A DNA stretch of 64,000 nt. Source: Promethearchaeota archaeon (GTDB taxonomy: Archaea > Asgardarchaeota > Lokiarchaeia > Sigyniarchaeales > SOKP01). The DNA is taken from NCBI GenBank assembly GCA_019058245.1, contig JAHPZJ010000023.1, positions 1 through 64,000 on the forward strand, given 5' to 3'. The notes beneath the pieces are model-generated. The model saw only the letters and a program-made list of their open reading frames with translations, made no database searches and had not been told where the DNA came from. The position numbers and the translations under genes were made by a program. Below are positions 19,326 to 29,712 of the stretch, piece by piece (position 1 is the stretch's first letter; each line of letters opens with the position of its first letter).

Positions 19326-19814
19326 ATGTCAAGTAATATAATATCTAAAGTTATGGAAATAGATAACTGTAATAAAGCGTCTTTTATAAATGCTATTTAT
19401 AAACCAGAGTTTTGGTTGATAGTTAATCCAGCTAAAGAAATGCATGCCGAATTCTTAGCCCCAAATGTTTTATTTACAAAAATAACAGATGAAATCATTA
19501 ATATTAAAGTAGAAATGGAAGGAGAATTAGTATTACAAGATAAAGGTGAACAAGAAGGCGGAAAAGGTCGATTAATCGAATTAAATGTTCGGAATAATAA
19601 AGATGTTAGAGAGTTAGAAGGTCGTATTCGAATAAAGGAAATTTCGAATAATAAATCTAAAATTGGAATTTTTATAACCAGCTTTAAGCTAAGTAATGAC
19701 TTTCTTGGTTTAATTGGAAGAAACGCAGCGGAACTTGCTTTGAGGACAAAAATTACAGATATATTGCGAAATTTAGGAAGATGGTTAAAATCTAATTCTT
19801 TTGATAATTTATGA
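19326..19814 (+). CDS. hypothetical protein, possible SRPBCC/START-like fold
   Basis: beta-rich core with long C-terminal helix. Confidence 0.45.
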   Translation: MSSNIISKVMEIDNCNKASFINAIYKPEFWLIVNPAKEMHAEFLAPNVLFTKITDEIINIKVEMEGELVLQDKGEQEGGKGRLIELNVRNNKDVRELEGRIRIKEISNNKSKIGIFITSFKLSNDFLGLIGRNAAELALRTKITDILRNLGRWLKSNSFDNL

Positions 19815-19881
19815 TATTATTCAGATACGATATATTTTAATTAACATAAAATTTTATTAATTATTGGAGAAATTTGAATAA

Positions 19882-20739
19882 TTGGGTTTAATTATGAATA
19901 TCTGGATTATGGAAAGTGACTCGGGAATTACTCTTGTCTACAAACCATATATGGATTTTCCTGTAAATGAGGATCTAGTATCTGGACTTTTAACAGCTCT
20001 AAATCAGTTTACAATGGTTGAGTTTAAGCAAGGAATTGAATCTATTGAGATGGGAGGGTTACGATGGGTTTATATAATGGATAAGGATACAAATTTATTG
20101 TTTATAGCTGCGGATTCCAAAGATGTAACCACTGAAATTTTAAGAGCTCGGTTAGATATAATTCGTACTACTTTTGTTCAGCAATATGCCAATAAAGGAA
20201 ATCGTTGGGGATCAAAGTGGGCTGGCAACGTTGAAATTTATAAACCATTTGAAAATGTAATTGATGAATATTATACCCAATGGAAGCAAGCAGAGCGTAT
20301 TACAACTGTTGCTGAATTCTTTGACATTTTAGGAATATTTCAACAAATATTAAACTTAGCAATAAATGTAATTGGAGGTCATTTATCTCAGAGTAAAAAA
20401 GAGATAATTTATGATGACATAGAAATTATGTTTAAAGATTATTCAGATGTGGAGATCGTGAAAAAAAATCCAGAATTGAACAAAATAACATTTGAAAGAG
20501 ATATAGGATTCAATATCATTAATATAGATCCTATGAATTGTGATATGTTTATTGTTGAAAAACAAATATTAGGTTTAATTAGGAGAATTATTGAAATTAT
20601 AAAAAAGGAAGAGGGTTATTTTACCAGTTTAAAATATTTTATCGAAGAAAATATTTTCGACTATTTATTATCAAACTTCAATTTATTGAATGATTTAAAT
20701 CTATTTACCTTTTTACTCAAACTTTTTTTGATAAAATGA
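19882..20739 (+). CDS. longin-like domain protein
   Basis: IWIMESDSGITL...DLVSGLLTALNQF...IESIEMGG pattern typical of Asgard longin-like domains. Confidence 0.7.
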   Translation: MGLIMNIWIMESDSGITLVYKPYMDFPVNEDLVSGLLTALNQFTMVEFKQGIESIEMGGLRWVYIMDKDTNLLFIAADSKDVTTEILRARLDIIRTTFVQQYANKGNRWGSKWAGNVEIYKPFENVIDEYYTQWKQAERITTVAEFFDILGIFQQILNLAINVIGGHLSQSKKEIIYDDIEIMFKDYSDVEIVKKNPELNKITFERDIGFNIINIDPMNCDMFIVEKQILGLIRRIIEIIKKEEGYFTSLKYFIEENIFDYLLSNFNLLNDLNLFTFLLKLFLIK

Positions 20740-20912
20740 AATTTAATAATTCAATTTTTTAATCTTTATAATTTTTAATTAGATTTAACAAAAATATTTA
20801 TCCTCTTCAATTTATTCACGTTAAAATTAAGTCTCGCTTATAATAAATAGATTTATTAGAATATATTTATTAAATTTATTAACCGTCTTCTAATAATCAA
20901 TTTACAAAAACA

Positions 20913-22226
20913 ATGGATCTTGTACTACTTATAATCATTTTTATCCTCTTCGTCTTAATCATTTTAAGTTACTCAATTTCTAGTCTTGATTTCGTAGCTA
21001 TTTCTTTAATTTGTGGTTTTACTGCAGCTACAATAACAGGCCTAACAAAAGGTGTAGGGATAAACTTTTTTATTGGTGAAATTCAGTGGGAGGCAATTAT
21101 TATTATATTAAGTATGAGTCTTATAACTAAAATAGCTCAAGATTCGAATATATTAGAATTTGTTGCTGTTAAACTTTTTAAAATATCAAGAGGAGAACAA
21201 AGAATCTTTTTCTGGCTACTGTGTACAATAACGACTCTTTTAGCGGCAATAATTAGTGATGTAGTGGTAGTTTTAATTTTGGCTCCAATAGTTGTAAGAT
21301 TATGTCATTTCTTAAAAATAAGAGCAGGAACTTATCTATTAGGAATGACGATTTGTATTAATATAGGGTCAATTATTACTCCATTCTCAAGTGGAGAAAA
21401 TATCATAATCTCTACGGCATTTAACCTTGATACGGCGTATTTCATTCAATATTTTTGGATTTTTTCCTTTTTTCTGCTATTTATCACAATTTTCTTAATA
21501 GATAGATATATTTTAAGGAAAGAGCCAAAAGTCGAAGAAATGCAAAAAAAATTTGTTATCGATCTAGTAGATACAGATACTATGGTAAAAAATAAAAAAA
21601 TGTTTTATTTTAATAGCATTGCTATAATAATAACTATAATACTTTTTGCTATACTCCCCTTATTATACTTAACTGCGGCTATATCTGCATTAGTTTTAGT
21701 TTTAGTAAATAAAGGATATACTAAAAAGCCTATGAGTGAACTTTTAAGAGATATTGAATGGGAAATAATCTTTTTTTTTATTAGTTTATATATTGTTATA
21801 GCGTGTCTTATAAAAGCAGGATTTAACGAAATCTTTGAAGCAATTCCATTCCAAACACTTAATCCCTTTCTTGTATCTTTTCTTATACTTATAATTGTCA
21901 GCTTTATATCTGGTGTAGTTGCTAATACCCCAACAGCCTTAATATTTATACCAATTGTTAATTTATTGATAACCCCCATTGCTGATAATGGCTTTGGTTT
22001 TTCTTCAGTTCCTATACTCTTTGCTTTCATAATTGCAATAAACCTAGGAGGTAATTTTATACCTCAAGGTGCAGCTTGTGATATGATGACATTGAAGATT
22101 GCACGTGATTCAGGAGTAGAAAACCTGAATTACAAGCGTTTATTTAAAATGGGGGCTAGTTTCGCATTAATTCATTTAGGACTTGCAATAGTTTTTCTAT
22201 TGATCCTAATCCCAATTTTTGGATGA
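20913..22226 (+). CDS. ArsB/CitMHS/SLC13 family ion transporter
   Basis: about 12 TM; NIGSIITP..SGENII, SGVVANTP, NLGGNF. Confidence 0.85.
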   Translation: MDLVLLIIIFILFVLIILSYSISSLDFVAISLICGFTAATITGLTKGVGINFFIGEIQWEAIIIILSMSLITKIAQDSNILEFVAVKLFKISRGEQRIFFWLLCTITTLLAAIISDVVVVLILAPIVVRLCHFLKIRAGTYLLGMTICINIGSIITPFSSGENIIISTAFNLDTAYFIQYFWIFSFFLLFITIFLIDRYILRKEPKVEEMQKKFVIDLVDTDTMVKNKKMFYFNSIAIIITIILFAILPLLYLTAAISALVLVLVNKGYTKKPMSELLRDIEWEIIFFFISLYIVIACLIKAGFNEIFEAIPFQTLNPFLVSFLILIIVSFISGVVANTPTALIFIPIVNLLITPIADNGFGFSSVPILFAFIIAINLGGNFIPQGAACDMMTLKIARDSGVENLNYKRLFKMGASFALIHLGLAIVFLLILIPIFG

Positions 22227-22301
22227 AAGTTAAATTAAATAAAATAACTAAGAAATGAAAATAGAAAATTCTTTAATATAGAGACTTTTGATATCCTAAA
22301 A

Positions 22302-23552
22302 TTAAAGCCAACCTCTTAGTTTCATAGCTTCAATCACCCGTTCTAAGGAGATTATATATGCACCCATTCGATTATAGGTATCAAATTTATTTGCTTCTTC
22401 AACTGTAGAACGATAAGCTCTGGTCATAACTCGATCTAATGCTTCAATTACTTCTTTTTCTGTCCAGAAATAACTATAGTATCCTTGAACCATTTCAAAG
22501 TATGAAACTGTAACTCCCCCAGCATTGCATAAAAAGTCGGGAATAACTTCGATTCCTTTTTCTTGTAGTATTTTATCTGCATCCGGAGTTGTAGGACCAT
22601 TAGCAAGTTCGGCAACAATTTTACAGTTAAGATTATTAGCATTTTTTTGTGTAATAACATTTTCAAGAGCTGCTGGAATAAGTACATCACATTCAATTTC
22701 CAATAATTCTTCGTTGGATATTTGATTAGTACCATTTAATCCAATAACAGATCTTGTTTGACTTTTATGGTCTGCTGCAGCTTGTGCATCAATTCCATTA
22801 TTTTTGAATATTGCTCCTTGAGAGTCTGAAACAGCGATAATTTTACAATTATAGTCATTTTGCAAAATTCTAGCTGCCCAAGAACCTGCATTTCCAAAAC
22901 CTTGAACAGCTACTTTTGCACCGTTTAAGTTTAATCCAATATCTTTCGCTGCTTCCCTGATTGAATAAATACCACCTTGTGCTGTAGCAATAGAACGTCC
23001 TGCACTACCACCTAAAGGGAGTGGTTTTCCTGTTATAATTGAAGGAGCATGTCTTCTGATAATCTTTTCATATTCATCCATCATCCAAGCCATAATTTGC
23101 GGATTGGTATACACATCGGGGGCTAGGATGTCAATATGGGGTCCTATAAAGTCAGCGATTTGTTGGATATAGCTTCTAGCAAGTGTTTCAAGTTCTCTCT
23201 CACTCATGATTCTTGGATCGCAAATAATACCTCCTTTTGCACCGCCTAAAGGTATATCGACACATGCTGTCTTCCAAGTCATCCATGCAGACAAGGCTTT
23301 TACAAGAGAAGCACTTTCATCAGGGTGCCACCTAATACCCCCCTTCATTGGCCCTCTTGCTGAATTATATTGAGAACGAAATCCTTGGAATGTTTTAATT
23401 GAGCCATCATCCATTTTTATTGTAATTTTTACCTGTACAAATCGTTCGGGCTCACTTAATACATTATAAATATCTCTAGTATATTCAGCAAGTTTACAGG
23501 CTTCAGAAAGTTGTTTCTGAGAAATTTTGAATGGATCCAGTATTTCACTCAA
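22302..23552 (-). CDS. gdhA: glutamate dehydrogenase
   Basis: [43 protein letters not shown]. Confidence 0.95.
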   Translation of the reverse strand: MSEILDPFKISQKQLSEACKLAEYTRDIYNVLSEPERFVQVKITIKMDDGSIKTFQGFRSQYNSARGPMKGGIRWHPDESASLVKALSAWMTWKTACVDIPLGGAKGGIICDPRIMSERELETLARSYIQQIADFIGPHIDILAPDVYTNPQIMAWMMDEYEKIIRRHAPSIITGKPLPLGGSAGRSIATAQGGIYSIREAAKDIGLNLNGAKVAVQGFGNAGSWAARILQNDYNCKIIAVSDSQGAIFKNNGIDAQAAADHKSQTRSVIGLNGTNQISNEELLEIECDVLIPAALENVITQKNANNLNCKIVAELANGPTTPDADKILQEKGIEVIPDFLCNAGGVTVSYFEMVQGYYSYFWTEKEVIEALDRVMTRAYRSTVEEANKFDTYNRMGAYIISLERVIEAMKLRGWL

Positions 23553-23671
23553 AACATATCCACTCTGAAATTTTTTTTATTGTAAGTAATAAAATAATAA
23601 AGTAATAGAATAAAAGTTTGCTGTGGGATGAAGATGGGTGATTATCTATTCTTAAACCTTTGATGATGAAT

Positions 23672-25075
23672 TTATAGGTATTTTGATCGTAAATATTGAT
23701 TAATTGATTTTGCCGCTCTACGACCTGCACCCATCGCGCTGATAACTGTTGCTGACCCAGTTACAATGTCTCCACCGGCAAAAACACTTTCTAAATTTGT
23801 TTTTCCCATTTCATCTACTTCAATATAACCCCATTTAGTTAATTTTAAATCTGGGATTGATTTTGTTAAAACTGGATTTGCATTTGTACCAATTGCTATA
23901 ATGACAGTATCGCAATTAATAATATATTCCGAATTTTCTATTGGAATTGGTCTTGGTCTTCCAGAAGCATCAGGTTCTCCCAATTTCATCTTAATAACCT
24001 CCATCCGATTGACATTTCCTTTATCATCTCCAAGAAATTTTGTGGGATTTGCTAAAAATTGAAATTCTATTCCTTCTTCTACTGCATGATGGTATTCTTC
24101 TTTTCTTGCAGGCATTTCCACTTCAGTTCGTCTATATACTATAATAACTTTTTCGGCACCAAGTCTTAGTGCAACACGAGCAGAATCTAAAGCTACATTT
24201 CCTCCGCCAATTACAGTAATAATTTTGCCTATTTTGATAGGCGTATCGTATTCTGGAAATTTATATGCTTTCATTAAATTAGTTCTTGTTAGAAATTCAT
24301 TCGCAGTTAGAACTCCATTTAGATTCATTCCTGGTATTTTTCTCATTGAAGGTAATCCTGCTCCAACACCTATAAAAAATGCCTTGAAACCCATCTCCTT
24401 TAGATCCTCTATATTTAATATCTTCCCTATTATCATATTGTACTTAATTTTAACTCCTAACATTTTTAAAGTCTCAATTTCATCATTAACAATTTCTTTA
24501 GGAAGTCGAAATTCTGGGATTCCATAAGCTAAAACGCCTCCCCCTTTATGAAATGCCTCAAATATAGTTACATCAAACCCAAATCTTGCAAGATCAGCAG
24601 CGCAAGTGAGACCAGCGGGTCCTGATCCGATGACTGCAACTTTAATATTATTAGGAGCCTCACAATCAGGACATTCTTTCAATTGATTTCTTCTTTCCCA
24701 ATCTGCAACATATCTTTCAAGTGATCCAATTGCTACTGGTTCCCATCTTTTACTTAGAATACATGCTTCTTCACACTGAATTTCTTGAGGGCATACTCTT
24801 CCACATATTGCAGGTAAAATATTGTAATCTTTTATAGAGCGAATTGCTTCTAATAAATTACCTTCCTTAATTAATCGGATAAAGTTCGGGATATCAATAT
24901 TGACAGGACATCCATTTACACATTTTGGGTCACCACATTGTAGACATCGTTGTGCCTCTATTTCAGCCATTTCTTTAGTAAAACCTAAAGCAACCTCAGA
25001 AAAGTTATGTATTCTTTCCGAAGGGTCTTGTTCTCTCATTTTTTGCCTTGGTATTTTAACCATGTAATCCCTCAT
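23672..25075 (-). CDS. sudA: SudA/NfnB (GltD-like NADPH flavoprotein)
   Basis: CLQC..PKC..GCP, GRVCPQE.QCE, GSGPAG, GGGNVA, FAGGD. Confidence 0.9.
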   Translation of the reverse strand: MRDYMVKIPRQKMREQDPSERIHNFSEVALGFTKEMAEIEAQRCLQCGDPKCVNGCPVNIDIPNFIRLIKEGNLLEAIRSIKDYNILPAICGRVCPQEIQCEEACILSKRWEPVAIGSLERYVADWERRNQLKECPDCEAPNNIKVAVIGSGPAGLTCAADLARFGFDVTIFEAFHKGGGVLAYGIPEFRLPKEIVNDEIETLKMLGVKIKYNMIIGKILNIEDLKEMGFKAFFIGVGAGLPSMRKIPGMNLNGVLTANEFLTRTNLMKAYKFPEYDTPIKIGKIITVIGGGNVALDSARVALRLGAEKVIIVYRRTEVEMPARKEEYHHAVEEGIEFQFLANPTKFLGDDKGNVNRMEVIKMKLGEPDASGRPRPIPIENSEYIINCDTVIIAIGTNANPVLTKSIPDLKLTKWGYIEVDEMGKTNLESVFAGGDIVTGSATVISAMGAGRRAAKSINQYLRSKYL

Positions 25076-25951
25076 TTATTGTGTATCAAATTTTTTGCAT
25101 TTTTTTTTATAAAGGTCATAAGATTGTTTTTCAAACTCAGCAAATCTTTTTTCTCTATTTAGTAATATATTAAAATCTACAATATGTCCGTCAATATCGG
25201 GACCTTCAACACAAGCAAAATGGATTTCACCATCCTTTGAAGGAAAACGGCATCCTCCACACATTCCAGTACCATCTATCATAATTGTATTTAAAGATAC
25301 AAAGGTCTTTACTCGTGGTAAACCTTCATTACCACTAGTTAATTCTGCAACATTCTTCATCATGATCATGGGACCTATTGCTATAACTAGACTAATTTTC
25401 TGTTTACTAATTAATTCTCGAAGTGGTTTAGTTACAAATCCTTCAATACCTTCACTTCCATCATTAGTACAAATAATTAATTCTTCACTCACACTAGCCA
25501 TCTTATCTCTCCAAAAAATCAGATTTTTTGTCCGAGCACCTAAAATCGAAATAATTCTATTGCCTGCTTGCTTTAATTCTTTTGCTTGAGGATAACAAGG
25601 TGCGATCCCTACTCCACCCCCTATTATAACTATTGGATCTTCAAATTTCTCAATATGAATCCTATTACCTAGCGGTCCGGCAATATCTAAAAGTTCATCC
25701 CCTATATTTTGATGAGAAAGTAATAATGTTGATTTTCCAACTACTTGAAATACAATAGTAATTACTCCGTTCTCCCTATCATAATCTGCAATTGTGAGTG
25801 GTATTCTTTCACCTTCTTCATTTATTCTAATTATAATGAAATTTCCAGCATATGCTTTTTTTGCTATTAAGGGTGTATGAAGATCCATTTCAAATAATGT
25901 CCCACTATCACCAAGTTGATTTTTTTTCAAAATTTTATAAGGCATTTTCAA
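25076..25951 (-). CDS. sudB: SudB/NfnA ferredoxin:NADP+ reductase beta subunit
   Basis: GERIPLTIAD, GGGVG, MIDGTGMCGGCR, ACVEGP. Confidence 0.9.
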   Translation of the reverse strand: MKMPYKILKKNQLGDSGTLFEMDLHTPLIAKKAYAGNFIIIRINEEGERIPLTIADYDRENGVITIVFQVVGKSTLLLSHQNIGDELLDIAGPLGNRIHIEKFEDPIVIIGGGVGIAPCYPQAKELKQAGNRIISILGARTKNLIFWRDKMASVSEELIICTNDGSEGIEGFVTKPLRELISKQKISLVIAIGPMIMMKNVAELTSGNEGLPRVKTFVSLNTIMIDGTGMCGGCRFPSKDGEIHFACVEGPDIDGHIVDFNILLNREKRFAEFEKQSYDLYKKKCKKFDTQ

Positions 25952-26162
25952 CCACCCTTATATTAAATAATACTCATAGTTTAATTTTGCATTTTATATA
26001 CTGATGTATTGTTCTTTATGTATTAAATAAAGGCTTTCAAGACAAAAAAAGTAATTGGTTAATTGAAAAAGTTAATTTTCTAAAAAGGTTTTTTTATATT
26101 AAGAATAAATTATTTTCATAATATAAAATATAAATTAAGGCTATTTTCCAATTAAGTAGTAA

Positions 26163-27734
26163 ATGAGAGAAGTTATGGACGTTATAATTGTTTTAGATTT
26201 TGGTGGGCAATACGCACATCTAATAACCAGAAGGATTCGAGATTTAGGAGTATATGCTGAAATTCTACCTTATGATGTTAATCTCAGGATGTTGGAAGAA
26301 AATAAACCAAAAGCAATTATTTTATCTGGTGGTCCAGGTAGTGTATATGAGGAAAACAGCCCCCAATTATCTGAACAATTTCTAGAATACACTATTAAAA
26401 ACAAAATTCCTGTTCTTGGTATTTGCTATGGTCATCATTTAATTATGAAACTTCAAGGTGGAAAAGTCGAATTAAAAACAAAAAAGGAGTATGGAAAAAC
26501 TAAAATCATTATTGAAGAACCAAATCTACTATTTGATTCACTAGAGAAGGAACAAATTGTCTGGATGTCACATGGAGATCAAATAACAGAACTAGCAGAT
26601 GGATTTAAAATATATGGTAAAACAAAAACTTGCCCTGTTGCTGCTTATGGAAATCAAGAAAAAAAGTTATTTGGAGTACAATTTCATCCAGAAGTTTCCA
26701 ATACTCCAAAAGGCGATAAAATTCTTGAGAATTTTATCTATAAAATTGCACAATGTAAAAAAGAGTGGAAATTGGAAGGATGGATTGACAATTCGATTAA
26801 TGATATCAAAAAAGTTGTAGGTCCAAAGAAAAAAGTAATTTTAGGAATAAGTGGTGGTGTCGATTCGTCAGTGGTCGCTGTTTTGCTAAATAAAGCAATA
26901 GGAGATAGACTACATAGTATCTTTGTAAATAATGGAGTGTTAAGAAAAAATGAGGAAATAGAGGTTCAAGAAACATTTAAAAATAAGTTAAAATTTAAAA
27001 ACTTTCATTATATAGATGCTGAAGATCTATTTTTAGAAAGGCTTAAGGATATCGAAGATCCAGAAGAAAAACGCCGTATTATTGGTCATACATTTATAGA
27101 AGTTTTTGAAAACAAAACCATTGAACTAGAAAAAGTAAATTCAGACATAAAATTTTTAGCACAAGGTACCATTTATCCTGATCGTGTAGAAACAAGTGCT
27201 ACAAGTAAAGCATCAGCAAAAATTAAATCACACCATAATTTAACTTTACCTGATGATATGATGTTAGAAATTCTCGAACCATTGAAAGATTTATATAAAG
27301 ATGAAGTAAGAGAAATAGGAAAAAAGTTAGGAATTCCTCAGGAAATAATTTCAAGACATCCATTTCCAGGTCCAGGATTAGCAGTAAGAATTATTGGTCC
27401 AGTTGATAAAATAAAACTTGATATCTTAAGAGAAGCAGATGAGATCCTTATCGAGGAAATTAAAAAAGCTGGAATTTATGAAAATCTTTGGCAAGCGTTT
27501 TGTGTGTTCTTACCATTAAAAACTGTTGGCGTGATGGGAGATTTTCGAACCTATGAATATATATGTGCAATTAGAGCAGTTGAATCTATGGATGCTATGA
27601 CCGCTAATTTTTCTAAATTAGATTGGGCATTACTAGAAAAAATTGGTACTCGAATTATTAATGAAGTTAAGGGAATTAATCGTGTGGTTTATGATATATC
27701 GAATAAACCTCCCAGTACTATAGAATATGAGTAA
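26163..27734 (+). CDS. guaA: GMP synthase (fused GATase and ATPPase)
   Basis: LDFGGQY, GICYG, QFHPEV, SGGVDS, KPPSTIEYE. Confidence 0.97.
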   Translation: MREVMDVIIVLDFGGQYAHLITRRIRDLGVYAEILPYDVNLRMLEENKPKAIILSGGPGSVYEENSPQLSEQFLEYTIKNKIPVLGICYGHHLIMKLQGGKVELKTKKEYGKTKIIIEEPNLLFDSLEKEQIVWMSHGDQITELADGFKIYGKTKTCPVAAYGNQEKKLFGVQFHPEVSNTPKGDKILENFIYKIAQCKKEWKLEGWIDNSINDIKKVVGPKKKVILGISGGVDSSVVAVLLNKAIGDRLHSIFVNNGVLRKNEEIEVQETFKNKLKFKNFHYIDAEDLFLERLKDIEDPEEKRRIIGHTFIEVFENKTIELEKVNSDIKFLAQGTIYPDRVETSATSKASAKIKSHHNLTLPDDMMLEILEPLKDLYKDEVREIGKKLGIPQEIISRHPFPGPGLAVRIIGPVDKIKLDILREADEILIEEIKKAGIYENLWQAFCVFLPLKTVGVMGDFRTYEYICAIRAVESMDAMTANFSKLDWALLEKIGTRIINEVKGINRVVYDISNKPPSTIEYE

Positions 27735-27827
27735 ATAATTTAGTGAAGACACGCAAATAATTATTATTAAATATTAGATTTTAATATGAGTTTTGATTAA
27801 ATCCAATAAAAACTGATTTCTTATAAA

Positions 27828-29627
27828 ATGATAAAAATGACTAAAGAAAATATTACCTGGGATCTCAGCAAATTATTCAGTAGTCCTAATGATCCTAAAA
27901 TCGAGAATTTAATTAACAGTTCAAAGAATCAGGTCGATCAATTTATTAAAGATTATAAAGGAAAGATAAAAGAACCTGAGTTTAGAACAGAAGATCTACT
28001 AAATTTGTTTCAAAAACAAGAAGAATTTCAAGCAAATTTGGACGAATTATTTACATTTGTACATATTTTATATGATGCAGATATGCAAATAACCGAACAT
28101 GAAGCTTTAAAAAATAAAGTTATTGAATTTGGCACTGAAGTAGAAAAAAAATTAACCTTTTTAGAATTAGAAGTAGGAAAATTCATTTCTGAGAATAAAG
28201 ATTTAGTTAATGATCCAGTATTACAAAATTATAGCCATTATATGGATAAAATTGTCAGAGCATATCCTTATTTATTATCGGAAGTAGAAGAACAATTAAT
28301 TCTTGAGAAAGATCAGTATGGTGTCGATCAATGGGGTCAATTGCAGGGAAAATGGCTGAACACACGTCAATTTCATGTTATGGTTGAAGGCGTAGAAAAA
28401 ATCTTATCCTATGGAGAAGCAAATGCTTTATTACGTCATCCGGATAGAGAAACCAGAATTTCAGCAGAAAAATCTATATATAGTACTTTAGGAAAAGATG
28501 AATATATTTTCTCCACAGCCCTACGAAATATATGTAGTGATTGGATGAAAATGGTAGAAAGAAGAAAGTATGATAGTGCTATACATCATAGCCTAATTGT
28601 TAATGATACAGAAAAAGAAATTATTGAAAACCTAATGAAAACTATAGAAAAAAATGCGGGAATTTATCAGAGATATTTAAAACTTAAAGCAAAACTCCTA
28701 AAATTACCGAGATTAAATTATGCTGATGTTCTTGGTCCTCTTCTTGAAATGCCTGATAAAAAATATTCATGGGATGGTACAAAAAAATTAATTTTAGATG
28801 CTTATGAAGGATTTGATAAAGAATTTGCAGAAATTTCAGCAGATATGTTTGAAAAACGTCATATCGATGCTACTATCAGGATGGGAAAAAGAAATGGTGC
28901 ATATTGTGCCTCTTGGTATAAAGGAAATTCTGCCTTTATTCTAACGAACTTTAATGGGCAAATGGGTGATATATACACATTAACACATGAACTTGGTCAT
29001 GCTATTCACGATTATCTTGCTTCTGAAAAACAAACTTATTTAAATTTGCATCCAGGATATACAACTGCAGAATGTGCATCTATATTTGGAGAATTATTAA
29101 TGACTGATTTATTATTAAAAACTTCCGATTCAGATAGTCTCAAAAAAGCAATTTTAGCACATGTTCTGGATGATGCAGGAATGGCGGCATTTCAAGTTAG
29201 CGCCCGATATTGGTTTGAATGGAATTTGTATAACGCTATAAAAAATAATGAATATTTAGATGGACAAACTATTTCTAAATATTGGGTTGCTGGTAGAGAA
29301 AAAATATATGGAGATTCGATTGATTTTTTTGATGAATTGATATGGGAATGGACAATGAAACCGCATTATTTCCGTGTTGGCTTTAGGTTCTATAATTACC
29401 CTTATGTATATGCTCAACTTTTTGTATACGCCCTTTATCAAGTCTACAAAAAAGAAGGAAAAGAATTTGTTCCTAAATTTAAAAAACTTCTTGCTAGTGG
29501 AGGTAGTCTTTCCCCGAAAGAATTAGCTAAAATTGTGGGATTAGATATAACCAAACCTGAGTTTTGGGAACTAGGTATAAAACAATATGAAGAATTTGTA
29601 AACCAACTAGAGATACTAATTAAATGA
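27828..29627 (+). CDS. pepF: M3B oligoendopeptidase F
   Basis: WDLS, GKRNGAYC, THELGHAIH, FYNYPY. Confidence 0.92.
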   Translation: MIKMTKENITWDLSKLFSSPNDPKIENLINSSKNQVDQFIKDYKGKIKEPEFRTEDLLNLFQKQEEFQANLDELFTFVHILYDADMQITEHEALKNKVIEFGTEVEKKLTFLELEVGKFISENKDLVNDPVLQNYSHYMDKIVRAYPYLLSEVEEQLILEKDQYGVDQWGQLQGKWLNTRQFHVMVEGVEKILSYGEANALLRHPDRETRISAEKSIYSTLGKDEYIFSTALRNICSDWMKMVERRKYDSAIHHSLIVNDTEKEIIENLMKTIEKNAGIYQRYLKLKAKLLKLPRLNYADVLGPLLEMPDKKYSWDGTKKLILDAYEGFDKEFAEISADMFEKRHIDATIRMGKRNGAYCASWYKGNSAFILTNFNGQMGDIYTLTHELGHAIHDYLASEKQTYLNLHPGYTTAECASIFGELLMTDLLLKTSDSDSLKKAILAHVLDDAGMAAFQVSARYWFEWNLYNAIKNNEYLDGQTISKYWVAGREKIYGDSIDFFDELIWEWTMKPHYFRVGFRFYNYPYVYAQLFVYALYQVYKKEGKEFVPKFKKLLASGGSLSPKELAKIVGLDITKPEFWELGIKQYEEFVNQLEILIK

Positions 29628-29712
29628 TTATAGTTAATAATATTTCTTATATAATCTTGTTAATTTTTTTCTTAATTTAAAAAATAAAAAAAAGAAGATA
29701 AAAAAAATGAAA

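Noticed and set aside
23545-23730. 61-aa ORF between sudA and gdhA and other short antisense or nested ORFs in the track
   Set aside because: They overlap well-supported genes in shadow frames and show no motifs
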